Shown: positions 20,141-31,121 of the stretch, piece after piece
Numbering within the stretch: position 1 is the stretch's first letter
How the letters are laid out: each line of letters starts with the position of its first letter
NCBI GenBank assembly: GCA_963813235.1
Contig: CAWEYF010000015.1
Coordinates: 283,003 to 347,002, forward strand
DNA length: 64,000 nt
Source: Candidatus Aminicenantes bacterium
GTDB taxonomy: Bacteria > Acidobacteriota > Aminicenantia > Aminicenantales > Saccharicenantaceae
Direction: 5' to 3'
Notes under the pieces: generated by a model
The model's database searches: none
What the model was told of the DNA's origin: nothing
What the model saw: only the letters and a program-made list of their open reading frames with translations
Program-made: the position numbers and the translations under genes

Positions 20141-21526
20141 ATGATCTCCAAGATCCTGATCGCCAACCGCGGGGAGATCGCCCTCCGCGTCATCCGCTCG
20201 GCCCGGGAGCTGGGCATCAAGACGGTCGCCGTCTATTCCGAGGCCGACCGCAACTCCCTCCACACCCTCCTCGCCGACGAGAGGGTCTGCATCGGGCCGG
20301 CCAAGGCCTCGGAGAGCTACCTCAACATCCCGAACATCCTGAGCGCGGCCGAGATCACCAAGGCCGACGCCATCCATCCCGGCTACGGCTTCCTGGCCGA
20401 GAACCCCCGCTTCGCCGAGATCTGCGAGACCTCCGGGATCACCTTCATCGGCCCCCCGGCCTCCATCATCCGGCTCATGGGCGACAAGAACAAGGCCCGC
20501 CAGGCCATGAAAAAGGCCGGCCTGCCGGTCATCCCCGGCAGCGACAAGATCCTCGAGGACGTCGCCGAGGCCAAGAAGGTCGCCCAGAAGATCGGCTATC
20601 CCGGTCATCATCAAGGCCGCCGCCGGCGGCGGCGGCAAGGGCATGCGGATCTGCCGCAACGCCGCCACATCTCGAGGAGCAGTTCCCCATCGCCCAGAAC
20701 GAGGCCAGATCGGCCTTCGGCGACCCGTCCCTCTACGTCGAGAAGTACCTCGCCGGTGCCCACCACATCGAGATCCAGATCATCGGGGACAAGAAGGGCA
20801 AGGTCCTCGCCTTCGGCGAGCGGGAATGCTCCGTCCAGCGGAAGTACCAGAAGCTCATCGAGGAGACGCCCTCCCCCTTCGTGGACGAGAAGCTCCGCAA
20901 GAGGATGATGAACGCGGTCGAGGACGCGGCCAACGAGATCGGCTACCAGAGCCTGGGAACGTTCGAGTTCCTGGTCGACGAGAAGAAGCGCTTCTACTTC
21001 ATGGAAGCCAACGCCCGGGTCCAGGTCGAGCATCCGATCACCGAGATCGTCTACGGGATCAACCTGGTCAAGGCCCAGATCCGGGTGGCGGCCGGGGAGA
21101 AGGTCAACTTCCCCTTCGATCTCGAGCTGCGGGGCCACGCCATCGAGTGCCGGATCAACGCCGAGGACCCCGTGACCTTCGTCCCCTCGCCGGGAAGATC
21201 GACTTCCTGGTCCTGCCCGGCGGCGAGGGCATCCGGGTGGATTCGGCGGCCTACGGCGGCTGGCAGATCCCGCCCGATTACGACTCGCTCGTCGCCAAGA
21301 TCATCGCCTTCGCCCCGACGCGTGCCCTGGCCATCAGGAAGATGCAGACCGCCCTGGAGATGACGACGATCGTCGGGATCAAGACCAACATCCCCCTCCA
21401 CCTCCAGATCCTGGCCAACGCGGAGTTCCTCAAGGGCGAACATACGACACCCAGTTCATGGAGCGGTTCCTGGCCAGCAAGAAGACCGCCGCACCTGAAG
21501 CGGCGCTCAGGCCGGCGCGTTCTTGA
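20141..21526 (+). pseudogene. accC: acetyl-CoA carboxylase biotin carboxylase, at least 4 frame changes as assembled
   Basis: [36 protein letters not shown]...; [67 protein letters not shown]. These are spread over three frames, with switches at about 20600, 20663, 21192 and 21445. Restored stop TGA at 21524-21526. Confidence 0.9.
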
Positions 21527-22031
21527 TAGATCGTAACACCGGAATTCCCCGTCGTTGTCCTTGACGACGTTCTCGTTGACCCCGAGGTAGAGCCGGCCCG
21601 GACGGGCATGGCCACGGCCGCTCCCGCCCGATGATAGAACTACCGACGATCTCGTCCCGGATCTCCTCGCCGGTCTTCTCGTCTCCGGACGGCGACCTGG
21701 GCGACCTTTCCCGGCCAGGCGCGCCCAGGTTCCGCTCGGGCACGGGCTGCTGCATCCCCTGGATATCATAGCCCTCCGGCCCGCAGGCGGCGTCGGGATT
21801 GCCCTTCTGGAGGGAGATCTCGCCCTCGCCCTGGAACTGGAGCTCCTCGCCTTCTTGACGTCGAGCCCGAGTCCACCCAGCCGGCGTCCCCGGGACAACG
21901 AGCTCCTTGACCGGCTCGAGTCCTGGGGCGGCAGTCCGGCCGGCCGGCGCAATGCCGCGGCAGGCCGGGAGTAAGAGAACGAGGCCGTGCCGCCGGATCC
22001 GCGGCAAGTATAGGCGAAGCCTGCGGCTCAA
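21507..22031 (-). pseudogene. possible PA-IL (LecA)-like lectin-domain lipoprotein, frame-disrupted
   Basis: Signal/lipobox-like MSRRLRLYLPRIRRHGLVLLLPAC. Fragments in three frames read ...ACGPEGYD...GAPG... and GRLYLGVNENVVKDNDGEF, which resemble the PA-IL-like domain pattern from memory. The 3' end overlaps the accC stop by about 20 nt (convergent). Weak call. Confidence 0.3.
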
Positions 22032-22058
22032 GCCCCGGGCCTGCCGACGCAGTCGGCT

Positions 22059-22863
22059 TCACGGGCTCTCGCCTGACGTTCCCGCGAGGACGGCCAGCAT
22101 GTCCTCGTGGAGCAGGCCGTTCGAGGCGAGGGACCTCCCGGCTGAAGGGATCGACCGGCCCGCCCTTCGAAATCCGACACCCGGCCGCCGGCCTCCTCGA
22201 CGATGAGGGCCCCGGCGGCGACGTCCCAGGGCTTGAGCTTGAGCTCCCAGAAGCCGTCGAACCGGCCGCAGGCGACATAGCAGAGGTCGAGGGCGGCCGA
22301 GCCGCAGCGGCGGATGGCCTGGGCGCGGACGACGAAATCGCCGAATTCCCGGACATTGTTGTTCCGGCTCGTCCGGACGTCGTAGGGAAATCCCGTGGCC
22401 AGGAGCGCCTTCCCGAGGTCGGGGACCGCCGAGACCCGGATCGGCCGCCCGTCGAGCCGGGCCCCGCGTCCCCGGACGGCCTCGAACATCTCGTCCCGGG
22501 TCGGGTCGTAGACGACGCCGAGGACGAGACTCGCCGCGCCGCTCGAGGGCGATGGAGACGCAGAAGACGGGGAAGGTGTGGGCGAAATTCGTGGTCCCGT
22601 CCAGGGGGTCGATGATCCAGCGGAAATCGGAGCTCCCCGCGCGCGGACAGGCCCTCCTCGGCCAGGAAACCGTGGTCCGGGAAGGCGGCCGAAAGCCGCC
22701 GGAAGATCATGTCCTGGGACGGCCGGTCGAAGTCGGTGACGAGGTCGACGGCGCCCTTGTACATGATCTCGCCGCGCTCCGAGCGTTATCCCCGAGGAGC
22801 GCGCCGGCCTCGCGGGCGGCCGGCTTGCGCCGGTCTCGAGATAGGCGGTCTGCGGAGATCCAT
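22059..22863 (-). pseudogene. suhB: inositol monophosphatase-family protein (SuhB-like), multiple frame changes
   Basis: [52 protein letters not shown] (alternate frame); [27 protein letters not shown]. Three frame switches occur within the first 100 nt or so after ATG 22863, and at least two more near the 3' end. Restored stop at 22059-22061. Confidence 0.8.
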
Positions 22864-22956
22864 ACGGGGCCTCATCTTACCAGCTTCGCCCCGGCGGCCA
22901 ACCCGGAACGCCGAAAAACTTTTTTCCTGGCCGGTCCGTAATATACAATAGTTCTT

Positions 22957-24230
22957 ATGTATGCGATTTCGGATAGGAAGGACCCCGACCATGGCCGAGA
23001 AGAAGAGCTTCTTCGGAGGAGACGGAAACGGACGATCATCATCCTGGGCGTCGTCCTCGTCATCGCCCTCGTCATCGTCTTCAACCTGAGGTCCCAACGG
23101 GAAAAGACGGTCAAGGTGACGATCGAGAAGGTCAAAGCGGCCGACCTGACCTCGATCATCTCGGCCTCGGGCGAGGTCAAGCCCAAGAAGAACGTCAACA
23201 TCAGCGCCCACGTCCCCGGCCGGATCATCAAGATCGGGGTCGAGGAGGGCGACGAGGTCAAGGCCGGGGATTTCCTCCTGAAGCTCGACTCGACCCAGTA
23301 CGAGGCCAACGCCGAGGGGAACCGGGCCGCCATCCGGTCCTTCAGGGCCCAGCTCATCCAGGCCGAGGCGCGGCTCCAGAAGGACAAGAACGCCTACGAG
23401 CGGCAGAAGAAGCTCTTCGACGAACAGCTCATCTCCAAGGACCAGCTCGAGACGGCCAAGCCCCAGTTCGACGTCTCGACCGCCCAGGTCCGGGCCATCC
23501 ACTCCCAGATCCAGCAGGCCGAGGCCTCGCTCAAGAGCACCATGGACAACCTCAACAAGACCACCTTCGTCTCGCCGATCGACGGCATGATCACCAGCCT
23601 CCGGGTCGAGGAGGGCGAGGTGGCCATCATCGGCACGATGAACAACCCCGGCACGGTCCTCCTGACCATCGCCGACCTGTCCGTCATGGAGGTCGAGGTC
23701 GAGGTGGACGAGACCGACGTCGTCGGCGTCGAGCTCGGCCAGACGGCCAACGTCCGGGTCGACGCCTATCCCGGAAACGGTCTTCAAGGGCAAGGTGACC
23801 GAGATCGGGAGCTCGGCCCTGCAGAAGACGCTGCCGCGACGACCCAGGAATCCAAGGACTTCAAGGTCGTCGTCACCCTGGACGACCCGTCCCGCAAGCT
23901 CAAGCCCGGCCTGTCCGCCTCGGCGGACATCATCACCGCCGAAAAAAAGGGGGTCCTGGCCGTCCCCATCTCCGCGCTCGTCCTGAGGGACAAGGCCGGT
24001 CGAGCGGGCAAGGACAAGCGAGACGGCCGGGGAAGAGGAAGGCGTCTACGTCGATCGAGAACGGCCGGGTCAAGTTCCAGCCGGTCGTCAAGGGCATCAC
24101 CGGCGGCATGAACATCGAGATCGTCTCCGGGCTCAAGGAAGGCCAGGAGATCGTGACCGGGCCGTACAACGCCCTCCGGGAACTCAAGGACGGGACGCTG
24201 ATCAAGGCCGACGAGAAGAAGGCGAAGTGA
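22957..24230 (+). pseudogene. MacA/HlyD-family periplasmic adaptor, frame-disrupted in the C-terminal third
   Basis: TM anchor TIIILGVVLVIALVIVF. Lipoyl-like domain (SAHVPGRIIKIGVEEGDEVKAGDFLLKLD), coiled coil, then VSPIDGMITSL. The sequence after about 23770 needs at least 3 shifts to read ...TFKGKVTEIGSSALQ...GVYVDRENGRVKFQPVVKGITGGMNIEIVSGLKEGQEIVTGPY...KAK* (stop 24228-24230). ATG 22991 has a better SD but is out of frame. Confidence 0.8.
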
Positions 24231-24231
24231 C

Positions 24232-24936
24232 ATGGCCCCGGAGAACGACGTGGTGATCCGGGTCGAGGACCTCTCGAAGATCTACCAGCTCGAACGGCAG
24301 GAGGTTCGGGCCCTCCACGGCGTCACCTTCACCATCGAGCGCAACGAGTTCGTGGCCATCATGGGGCCGTCCGGGTCCGGGAAATCGACCCTCATGAACC
24401 TCATCGGCTGCCTGGACACGCCGACCGAAGGGACCTACCACCTCAACGGGAAGCTGGTCAGCGCCATGAGCGAGGACGAGCTGGCCCACGTCCGGAACAA
24501 GGAGATCGGTTTCGTCTTCCAGGTCTTCAACCTCCTGGCCCGGGCGACCGCCTTCCGGAACGTCGAGCTGCCCGATGATCTACGCGGGGCTCACGGAAAA
24601 AGGAACGCGAGGACCAGGCCCGCCGGGCCCTCGAGATGGTGGAGATGAAGGACCGCATGCACCACAGCCCGCCCGAGCTGTCGGGCGGCGAGCGCCAGCG
24701 GGTCGCCATCGCCCGGGCCCTGGTCAACGAGCCGTCGCTCCTCCTGGCCGACGAGCCGACCGGGAACCTCGATTCCAAGACCGGGCAGGAGATCCTGAAC
24801 CTGTTCCACAAGATCCACGCCCAGGGCAACACCATCGTCATCGTCACCCACGACCGCGACGTCGCCGACCAGACCCAGCGGATCATCCACCTCCGGGACG
24901 GCGGTGATCGAACGGGAAGAACGGAAAGGAGCCTGA
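24232..24936 (+). pseudogene. MacB/LolD-type ABC transporter ATP-binding protein, at least 2 frame changes
   Basis: Walker [11 protein letters not shown]-loop [11 protein letters not shown], signature [15 protein letters not shown], Walker [14 protein letters not shown]-loop IVIVTHD. Switches at about 24580 and about 24905. No FtsX-type permease gene follows. Confidence 0.85.
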
Positions 24937-24937
24937 C

Positions 24938-25656
24938 ATGTCGTTCTTCAAGCGCATAGAAGGGGTCTTCTTCGGGCCCGGGCCCATGTTCCGGCCCTGG
25001 CCGAGAAGCCGGTCTGGGTCGACGCCCTCGTCGTCCTCCTCGTCCTCCTGGCCGTTTTCTCCGTGGTCGTCGCCCCCTACTCCCAGAAGCGACCAGCTCC
25101 GGATGATGAAGGACAACGCCAAGCTCAAGGAGCGGATGGGCGAGACCCGGTACACGGAGATGATCGCCCGGCTCGAGAGCGCCTCCCCGTCGGGCGTCAT
25201 CACCGAAGGTCGTCGTCCTGGGCCCGGCCATGAGCGTCATCGGGCTCCTCTTCTCGAGCCTCGATCCTCATGATCCTCGGGCCGATTCGTCTCCACCCAG
25301 GGGAAGTACGTCCAGGTCCTGGCGGCCGTCATCCACGCCAATTTCATCGACAAGCTCGCTGGGCAACGCCGTGCGCGCTGTTCCTCATCGCCGACGCGGA
25401 AGTCGGTCATGCAGACCTCGACCAGCCTGGCCCTGCTCTTTCCGAAGATGGAGATCACGCGCCCGCCTACATCGTCCTCGGGCCAGATCGATTTCTTCCA
25501 GATCTGGATGTTCGGCGTCCTGGCCCTCGGCGCTGTCGGCGATCTTCAAGATCGATCTCAAGAAGGCCGCTGTTCATCTCCTACGGCTTCTGGCTCTTGA
25601 AGAGCCTCATCTACATCGCCCTCGGCATCATCGGGCTGTCTAGTACACTGAAGTAG
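24938..25656 (+). pseudogene. Yip1-domain-like polytopic membrane protein, heavily frame-disrupted
   Basis: [18 protein letters not shown]..., VWVDALVVLLVLLAVFSVVVAPY, VLGPAMSVIGLLFSS, QIDFFQIWMFGVLALG and ISYGFWLLKSLIYIALGIIGLSSTLK* are scattered over all three frames. The family call is from memory of Yip1/DUF1282-type proteins. Confidence 0.45.
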
Positions 25657-25660
25657 GAGC

Positions 25661-26789
25661 ATGACATCACGTGGATCAGAACGACATCCGTTCGCGGGCG
25701 AACTCGCCGAGAACCCGTTTTCCACAGGTCCTTGGCCTGATCTGGCGGGAGGAGAGGTCCGGCTTCCTTCGGTCCGGAGGGGCACGGCGGAGAGGGCTTT
25801 CACGTTCGAGAGAGGGGACGTGGCCGTCGATCGGAACTCCTTCGACGAGACCGGCTTCCTGAGGGGATCGCCTGGCGCGCTGGGACTGGTCCGGCCCGCC
25901 GACCTCGCCCGGGGCGAGGCCGTCGCCAACCGGGGACGCGGACGGGCCTGCTGCGGTGCTCTCGTCGAGGATCGGGCGTATTCCCGGCCGCCCGGCTCTG
26001 GGAGCTCGTCGAGACTTTCTCGCATCGGGGAAACCATCCGCAGGTTTTCGACTGGCCGAGGGCGACTTACGACTTCGGCCCGGCGCCGCGGCCCGCGGAA
26101 CCGTCCTGGTCCGCGGCATCCACTCTGCCCGGCCTCATCCTGGAAGGCATCCGCCGGATGGCCAACATCACGGTCATCGAAGCCGCATCTGCCCCGGCCG
26201 CGACGAGAACCTCCAGGCTTCTCGTCCCCAAGGTGGAGAACTTCCATCGCGCTCGCGCCGCACGAACGGTACGTTCTCGTGCCGCGGCCGACGGGTCCGA
26301 GAGCCTCGGCGAGATCGTGCCGCGCCAGCGCGCTGGGCGAGAAGGAGACGAAGAGGGCTCTCTTCGCGCTCCTCGTCCTGGGGATCCTGGGACACGGAAC
26401 GGGAGGACCGGCCGTCGGCCGAATACTCCCTCGGCGACGTGGACCGCCTCTTCGAGGCCTTCAACGACCGGTGCTCCTTCATCTTCAAGTACATCTCGAA
26501 GGAGATCGGCCCGGTGGCCCTCAACGTCATCGAAAAATCCCTGGACGAGATCCGGGGCCGGATCGACCCGGCCTTCCAGGCCTGCGAAGTGAAGCCGGAC
26601 GGGCGGCTCGAGCTCCGGACCCTCCTCCGGAAGAACATGGGCGTCTCGAGCGACGACGGCAAGCGAAGCCTGCTCCGGAGCTTCGACGAGATCCTGGCCG
26701 CGGAGGTCCTGGCGGTCAAGCGGACCCTCGGGAACGGGCACGAATCCGCCCTTGTCAAGGGGCTGGAACGGATGGGGGACCTGCCGTGA
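25661..26789 (+). pseudogene. DUF4388 (PATAN-like) domain protein, heavily frame-disrupted
   Basis: The N-terminus reads GELAENPFPQVLGLIWREERSGFLRV.RGTAERAFTFERGDVAVDRNSF across two frames (the DUF4388 pattern). The C-terminal part is clean from EYSLGDVDRLFEAFNDRCSFIFKYISKEIG... to GLERMGDLP* (stop 26787-26789). Confidence 0.4.
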
Positions 26790-26862
26790 ACAGGAAGCAG
26801 CTCGCCGGCCTGCTCCTCTTCGTCTCGGCCTTCGCGCTCTGGCTTCTGGGGAAAATTGGACT

Positions 26863-27791
26863 CTGAAGCCCGGGACGCTCGTCGTCATCCTGGGGCCCAC
26901 GGGCGTCGGGAAGAGCGGGATCGCTCTCAGCCTGGCCGCGAAGTTCCGCGGGGAGATCATCAACTGCGACTCCATGCAGGTCTACCGGGGCTTCGACATC
27001 GGCACGGACAAGCCCTCGCCGGCCGACCGGAGGGCGGTCCCCCACCATCTCCTCGACGTCGCCGAACCCGCGGGACCAGTTCACGGCCGCCGATTTCGTC
27101 GCCGGCGCCGCTCGAGGCCATGGCCGGCATCCACGCGAGAGGCGGCATTCCCGTTCATCGTCGGAGGCACGGGGCTCTACCTCAAGGCCCTCCTGGACGG
27201 CCTGTTCCCCGGCCCGGGGCGGGACCCTGAGGTCAGGGCGCCGGCTCGAGGCCGAGGCGGCGCGAGACGGGCTCGACGCCCTGTATCGGCAGGCTGGAGA
27301 CGGTCGATCCCGCCTACGCCCTCAAGGTCCGGGAGCCGCGACCGGGTCCGGATCGTCCGAGCCCTCGAGGTCTTCGAAACGACGGGAAAACCCATCTCGG
27401 AGCATTTCCGCGGCACGGAATCCTTCGTCAAAGGCTTGCCGTCAAGTCCGGATCGGCCTGAGCTCGACCGGCCCGAGCTGGTCCGGCGGATCGAAGAACG
27501 GGTCGACCGGATGTTCGCACGGCGGGCTCGTCGAGGAGGTCGAAAGCCTCCTCGCGCAGGGGCGTCCCGGACGGACGCGCCGGCCGTTCCGGGCGCTCGG
27601 ATACAAGTAGGTCCTGAACTTCCTCCGGAACGAGATCGGCCTGGACGAAGCCCGGGACCTGGACCAAGCTCGAGACGCGGCGTTACGCCAAACGCCAGAT
27701 GACCTGGTTCCGGAAGATGGCCGGGATCGCCTGGTTCGCTCCCGAGGAGCAATCGGGCCTTGAGGACCACGTGGGAAAAAACATACAATAG
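26863..27791 (+). pseudogene. miaA: tRNA dimethylallyltransferase, many frame changes, 5' end unresolved
   Basis: LVVILGPTGVGKSGIALSLAAKFRGEIINCDSMQVYRGFDIGTDKPS; PFIVGGTGLYLKALLDG; RIVRALEVFETTGKPIS; TRRYAKRQMTWFRKM. Restored stop TAG at 27789-27791. Confidence 0.8.
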
Positions 27792-27797
27792 AGGACC

Positions 27798-29072
27798 ATG
27801 GAAAAAGCGATCCTCGTCAACCTGGCCACGACCAAGAAGGAAAAGGAAGAGGCCGCGGACTCCATGGACGAGCTCGCCGGGCTGGCCGTCGGCCGCCGGG
27901 GCCCGAGGTCGTCGGGACCGTCTTCCAGAACCGTCCCCGGGCGAGCGTCCGGCGCCTTTCTCGGCAAGGGCAAGGTCGAGGAGGTCCACGAACTGAGGAA
28001 AGAGCTCGGGGCCGATCTCGTCATCTTCGACCACGACCTGACGCCCATCCAGCAGCGGAACCTCGAGGACGAGATCGGGGTCGGGTCATCGACAGGACCC
28101 AGCTCATCCTGGACATCTTCGGCCCAGCGGGCACGGATCGAACGAAGGCAAGCTCCAGGTCGAGATGGCCCAGCTCTCCTATCTCCTCCCCCGCCTCACG
28201 GGCAAGGGCGCCGCCATGTCCCGTCTCGGGGCCGGCATCCGGACGAGGGGGCCCGGGCGAACAGAAGCTCGAGGAAGAACGCCGGAGGATCAACGACCGG
28301 ATCGCGAAGTCCGGAAGGACATCCTGGCCATCCAGAAAAGGCGGGCCGGCCAGCGGGAGAGCCGCCGGAAGAGCCCCGTGCCCACGGTCTCGCTGGTCGG
28401 GTATACGAGCGCCGGGAAATCCACTCTGTTCAACACGCTGACCCGGGAGAGGCGGTACACGTCGCCCAACCTCTTCGCGACCCTCGACCCGCTCCTGCGC
28501 CGTGTCTCCTACCCGGACGGCCTCCATTTCTTCCTCTCGGACACGGTCGGCTTCATCCGGAAGCTCCCGGTCGAGCTGGTGACATCGTTCCAGGCCACCC
28601 TGGACGAGGTCCGCGAGGCCGACGCCGTCTGCCACATCATCGACGCGACGAGCCCTCGCGCCCGGGAACAGGCCGCGGCCGTCGACGGCCGTCCTGGCCC
28701 GGATCGGCGTCAGGGACGTCCCGGTGCTCAGGGTCTTCAACAAGATCGACCTCCTGGCCGGAGGCCGAGCGGGCGGACCTCCTGCGGCGGAACGGGGCCC
28801 CGGAGGCCCGGACCCTCTACCTCTCGGCCCTGACGGGGAAGGGATCGGGGACCTGATGGGAAGGCTCCGGGAGATCCTCTTCCGCGACCACCGCCCCTTC
28901 ACGTTCCGCATCCCGGCGGACCGCGAGGACCTGGCACGTTCCCTGCCCCAGCGCTCCTGATCCTGAAGCGGCGGGAGCAGGAAGGCGCCCTGGAGTTCAA
29001 GGTCATGGCCGACCCGGCGGTCATTGTCGAGCTATCTCCCCTACCTCCGGCAAAGGAGAAGACCCATGGTGA
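27798..29072 (+). pseudogene. hflX: GTPase HflX, many frame changes
   Basis: MEKAILVNL...; [36 protein letters not shown]; G1 motif LVGYTSAGKSTLFNTLT; DTVGFIRKLP; NKIDL. The pieces sit in all three frames. The restored end ...GEDPW* overlaps the next ATG (29066) in ATGGTGA. Confidence 0.85.
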
Positions 29073-30397
29073 AGAAGATCCTCCTCATCGCCGGCTTCGC
29101 CGCCCTGGCCTGGTCCTGCGCCACGTTCAAGCCCCAGCCCCGCTTCGTTCTACGTCGACGACCTCCCCCAGTCCCTCACGACGGCGATGACGCTCGAACA
29201 ACGGATCGCCGCCGAAGAGGCCTGGCAGGACCTGCGGACCGGGAATAACGACAGGGCGGCGAAGGCGTTCGCGAAGCTCGGCCCCGGGAGCCCGGTCTCC
29301 CATCTCGGCCGGGGATTCTTCGCCCTGCAGGCCGCAGGACCTCCCGGCCGCGGAGCAAGGCTTCAAGGAGGCGCTGGGGCGCAATCCCGGCCTCGTCCTG
29401 GCCCACGTAGGGTTGGCCCAGGTCGCCCTGGCCCGGGACGACGAGGATCAGGCCTATTCCCAATACCGGGAGATCCTGAAGCTGGGAGCCGGACCACGCC
29501 TGGGCAAAGCCCCGGTTCGAAGCCCTGCGGGAAAAGAGGACCGAGGAATTCGCGGCCGAGGCCAAGACGGGCCTTCGAGGCCGGGGACACTGAGGCCGGA
29601 AAAGAAGGCCTATCTCAAGGCCCTCTTCTATTCTCCGGAATCCGTCGAGGCCAACCTCAACCTCGCCAGGATCTACAGGAAGGAGAAGAACGTCCCAGAG
29701 CGCCGTCCTCCATTACAAGGCCGCGAGCGCCGGCGCACCCGAAGAATAAGGCCATCCTGAAGGAATACGCCGAGGCCCTGTACGAGGCCGAACAGTACGG
29801 CAGGAGCCTGGACGTCTACGAACGGCTGGCCGAAGCTGGACCCGAAGGACAAGGACGTCCGGGAGCGCATCGAGGGCCTGAAGAACAGGCTCGGGATCTA
29901 TGAGCTTCCGAGCCTGTACAACGACATCCCGGCCTCGGGGGCGATCTCCAGGGAGGATCTGGCCGCCTTGATCGCCGTGAAGTTCAAGGCCGTCCTCGGC
30001 GGAGGAGAGGCGAAGCCGCCCATCCTCGTCGATATCGCCGACGTCCTGGGCCTCTCGATTCATCCTGAAGGTCACGGCCTTGGGCGTCATGGAATCCTAC
30101 GAGAACCACACGTTCCAGCCGAGGAAGATCATCAACCGGGCCGAGCTGGCCGAGACGCTGGTCCGGCTGGTCAATTTCCTGAAGAACAAGGGGTACCGGT
30201 TCGCGCCCCAGATGGCCGCGGACAGGGTCCAGATCTCCGACGTCCCGCCGGACAACTATTACCATGCGCCGATCACCCAGATCGTCGCCTATCAGATCAT
30301 GGATCTGACGCCGCAGAGGACCTTCCGGCCGGACGCGGTCGTCGAGGGCCGGGAGGCCGTCGGGGCCCTGGACGTCATTCTGGGGCTGATGAAATAG
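29066..30397 (+). pseudogene. lipoprotein with TPR repeats and two C-terminal SLH-like domains, frame-disrupted
   Basis: AAGGAG SD, then MVKKILLIAGFAALAWSC (lipobox). TPR-like segments (AYLKALFYSPESVEANLNLARIYRKEKN...). The clean C-terminal frame reads SWASRFILKVTALGVMESYENHTFQPRKIINRAELAETLVRL and ISDVPPDNYYHAPITQIVAYQIMDLTPQRTFRPDAVVEGREAV, which match the S-layer-homology pattern. Confidence 0.55.
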
Positions 30398-30418
30398 GAT
30401 GTAGCGACAGCGATAGAC

Positions 30419-31001
30419 ATGAGCGCGAAATTCTGGAAAGACCTCTGCCTTCCGCCCAACCTCCTGACCCTGTCCCGGGTCCTGCTCATCCCCGTGTTCG
30501 TCTGGATGATGGTTGCCGGCCGGGCGAGAGACGCGTTCCTGGTCTTCCTCCTTGCCGGCCTCACCGACGTCCTCGACGGCCTCGCGGCCAGGCTCTGGCA
30601 CCAGAAATCGAGGCTCGGGCTATGGCTCGATCCGGTCGCCGACAAGCTCCTCCTGACGTCGGCCTTCGTCCTCCTCGGCCTCGTCCGGTGTCAGCCGCCC
30701 CAACGCCATCCCCTTCACGGTGGTCGCCATCGTGATCGGGAGGGATGTCCTGATCGCGTTGGGCGCCCTCATCCTCTTTTGGCTGAGGGGGCAAAAGGCC
30801 TTCTTCCCGACCCTCCTGGGAAAGGTCAGCACCGTCGCCCAGGTCCTGACGGTCCTCGCGGTGCTCGCCCTGAACGCCCGGGGGACGGCGTCCCCTCTCC
30901 TGAGCTGGGCTTACGACGCGACGATCATCGCCACCGTCGCCTCAGGCGTCCAGTACTTCCTCATGTCTCTGCCGCTGCTCGCAGATCGGAAGAGATCGTA
31001 G
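30419..31001 (+). pseudogene. pgsA: CDP-diacylglycerol--glycerol-3-phosphate 3-phosphatidyltransferase (CDP-alcohol phosphatidyltransferase family), one frame change
   Basis: The DGxxARxxxxxxxxGxxxDxxxD motif is present as DVLDGLAARLWHQKSRLGLWLDPVADK. The frame switches at about 30690 into ORF 30720..31001 (VVAIVIGRDVLIALGAL...). Confidence 0.8.
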
Positions 31002-31121
31002 CCAGCAGCGGACCAGCACGCTCATCACCTCATGTTCGCCCGCATGAGGGTGTTCTGCTTGAGGAGAAGAACGCCGCCGGCATCAGAATAATTAGGACGG
31101 TGAACACGATGACCTGTCGCG

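Noticed and set aside
25661-26866. 401-codon ORF taken at face value as one protein
   Set aside because: Only short stretches are meaningful in this frame. The conserved DUF4388-like and C-terminal segments lie in the other two frames, so the long ORF is a mosaic produced by indels in GC-rich sequence.
26786-26866. Mini-ORF VNRKQLAGLLLFVSAFALWLLGKIGL* between the DUF4388 gene and miaA (possible small membrane peptide or MiaA N-terminus)
   Set aside because: It cannot be distinguished from frame noise in a region with dense indels. MiaA proteins normally start a few residues before the P-loop, without a TM helix. It is left unannotated.
31027-31051. Hairpin CCTCATG-N8-CATGAGG in the convergent gap after pgsA as an intrinsic terminator
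   Set aside because: It has only a 7-bp stem, with a bulge if extended, and no U-tract on either strand. This is too weak to annotate.
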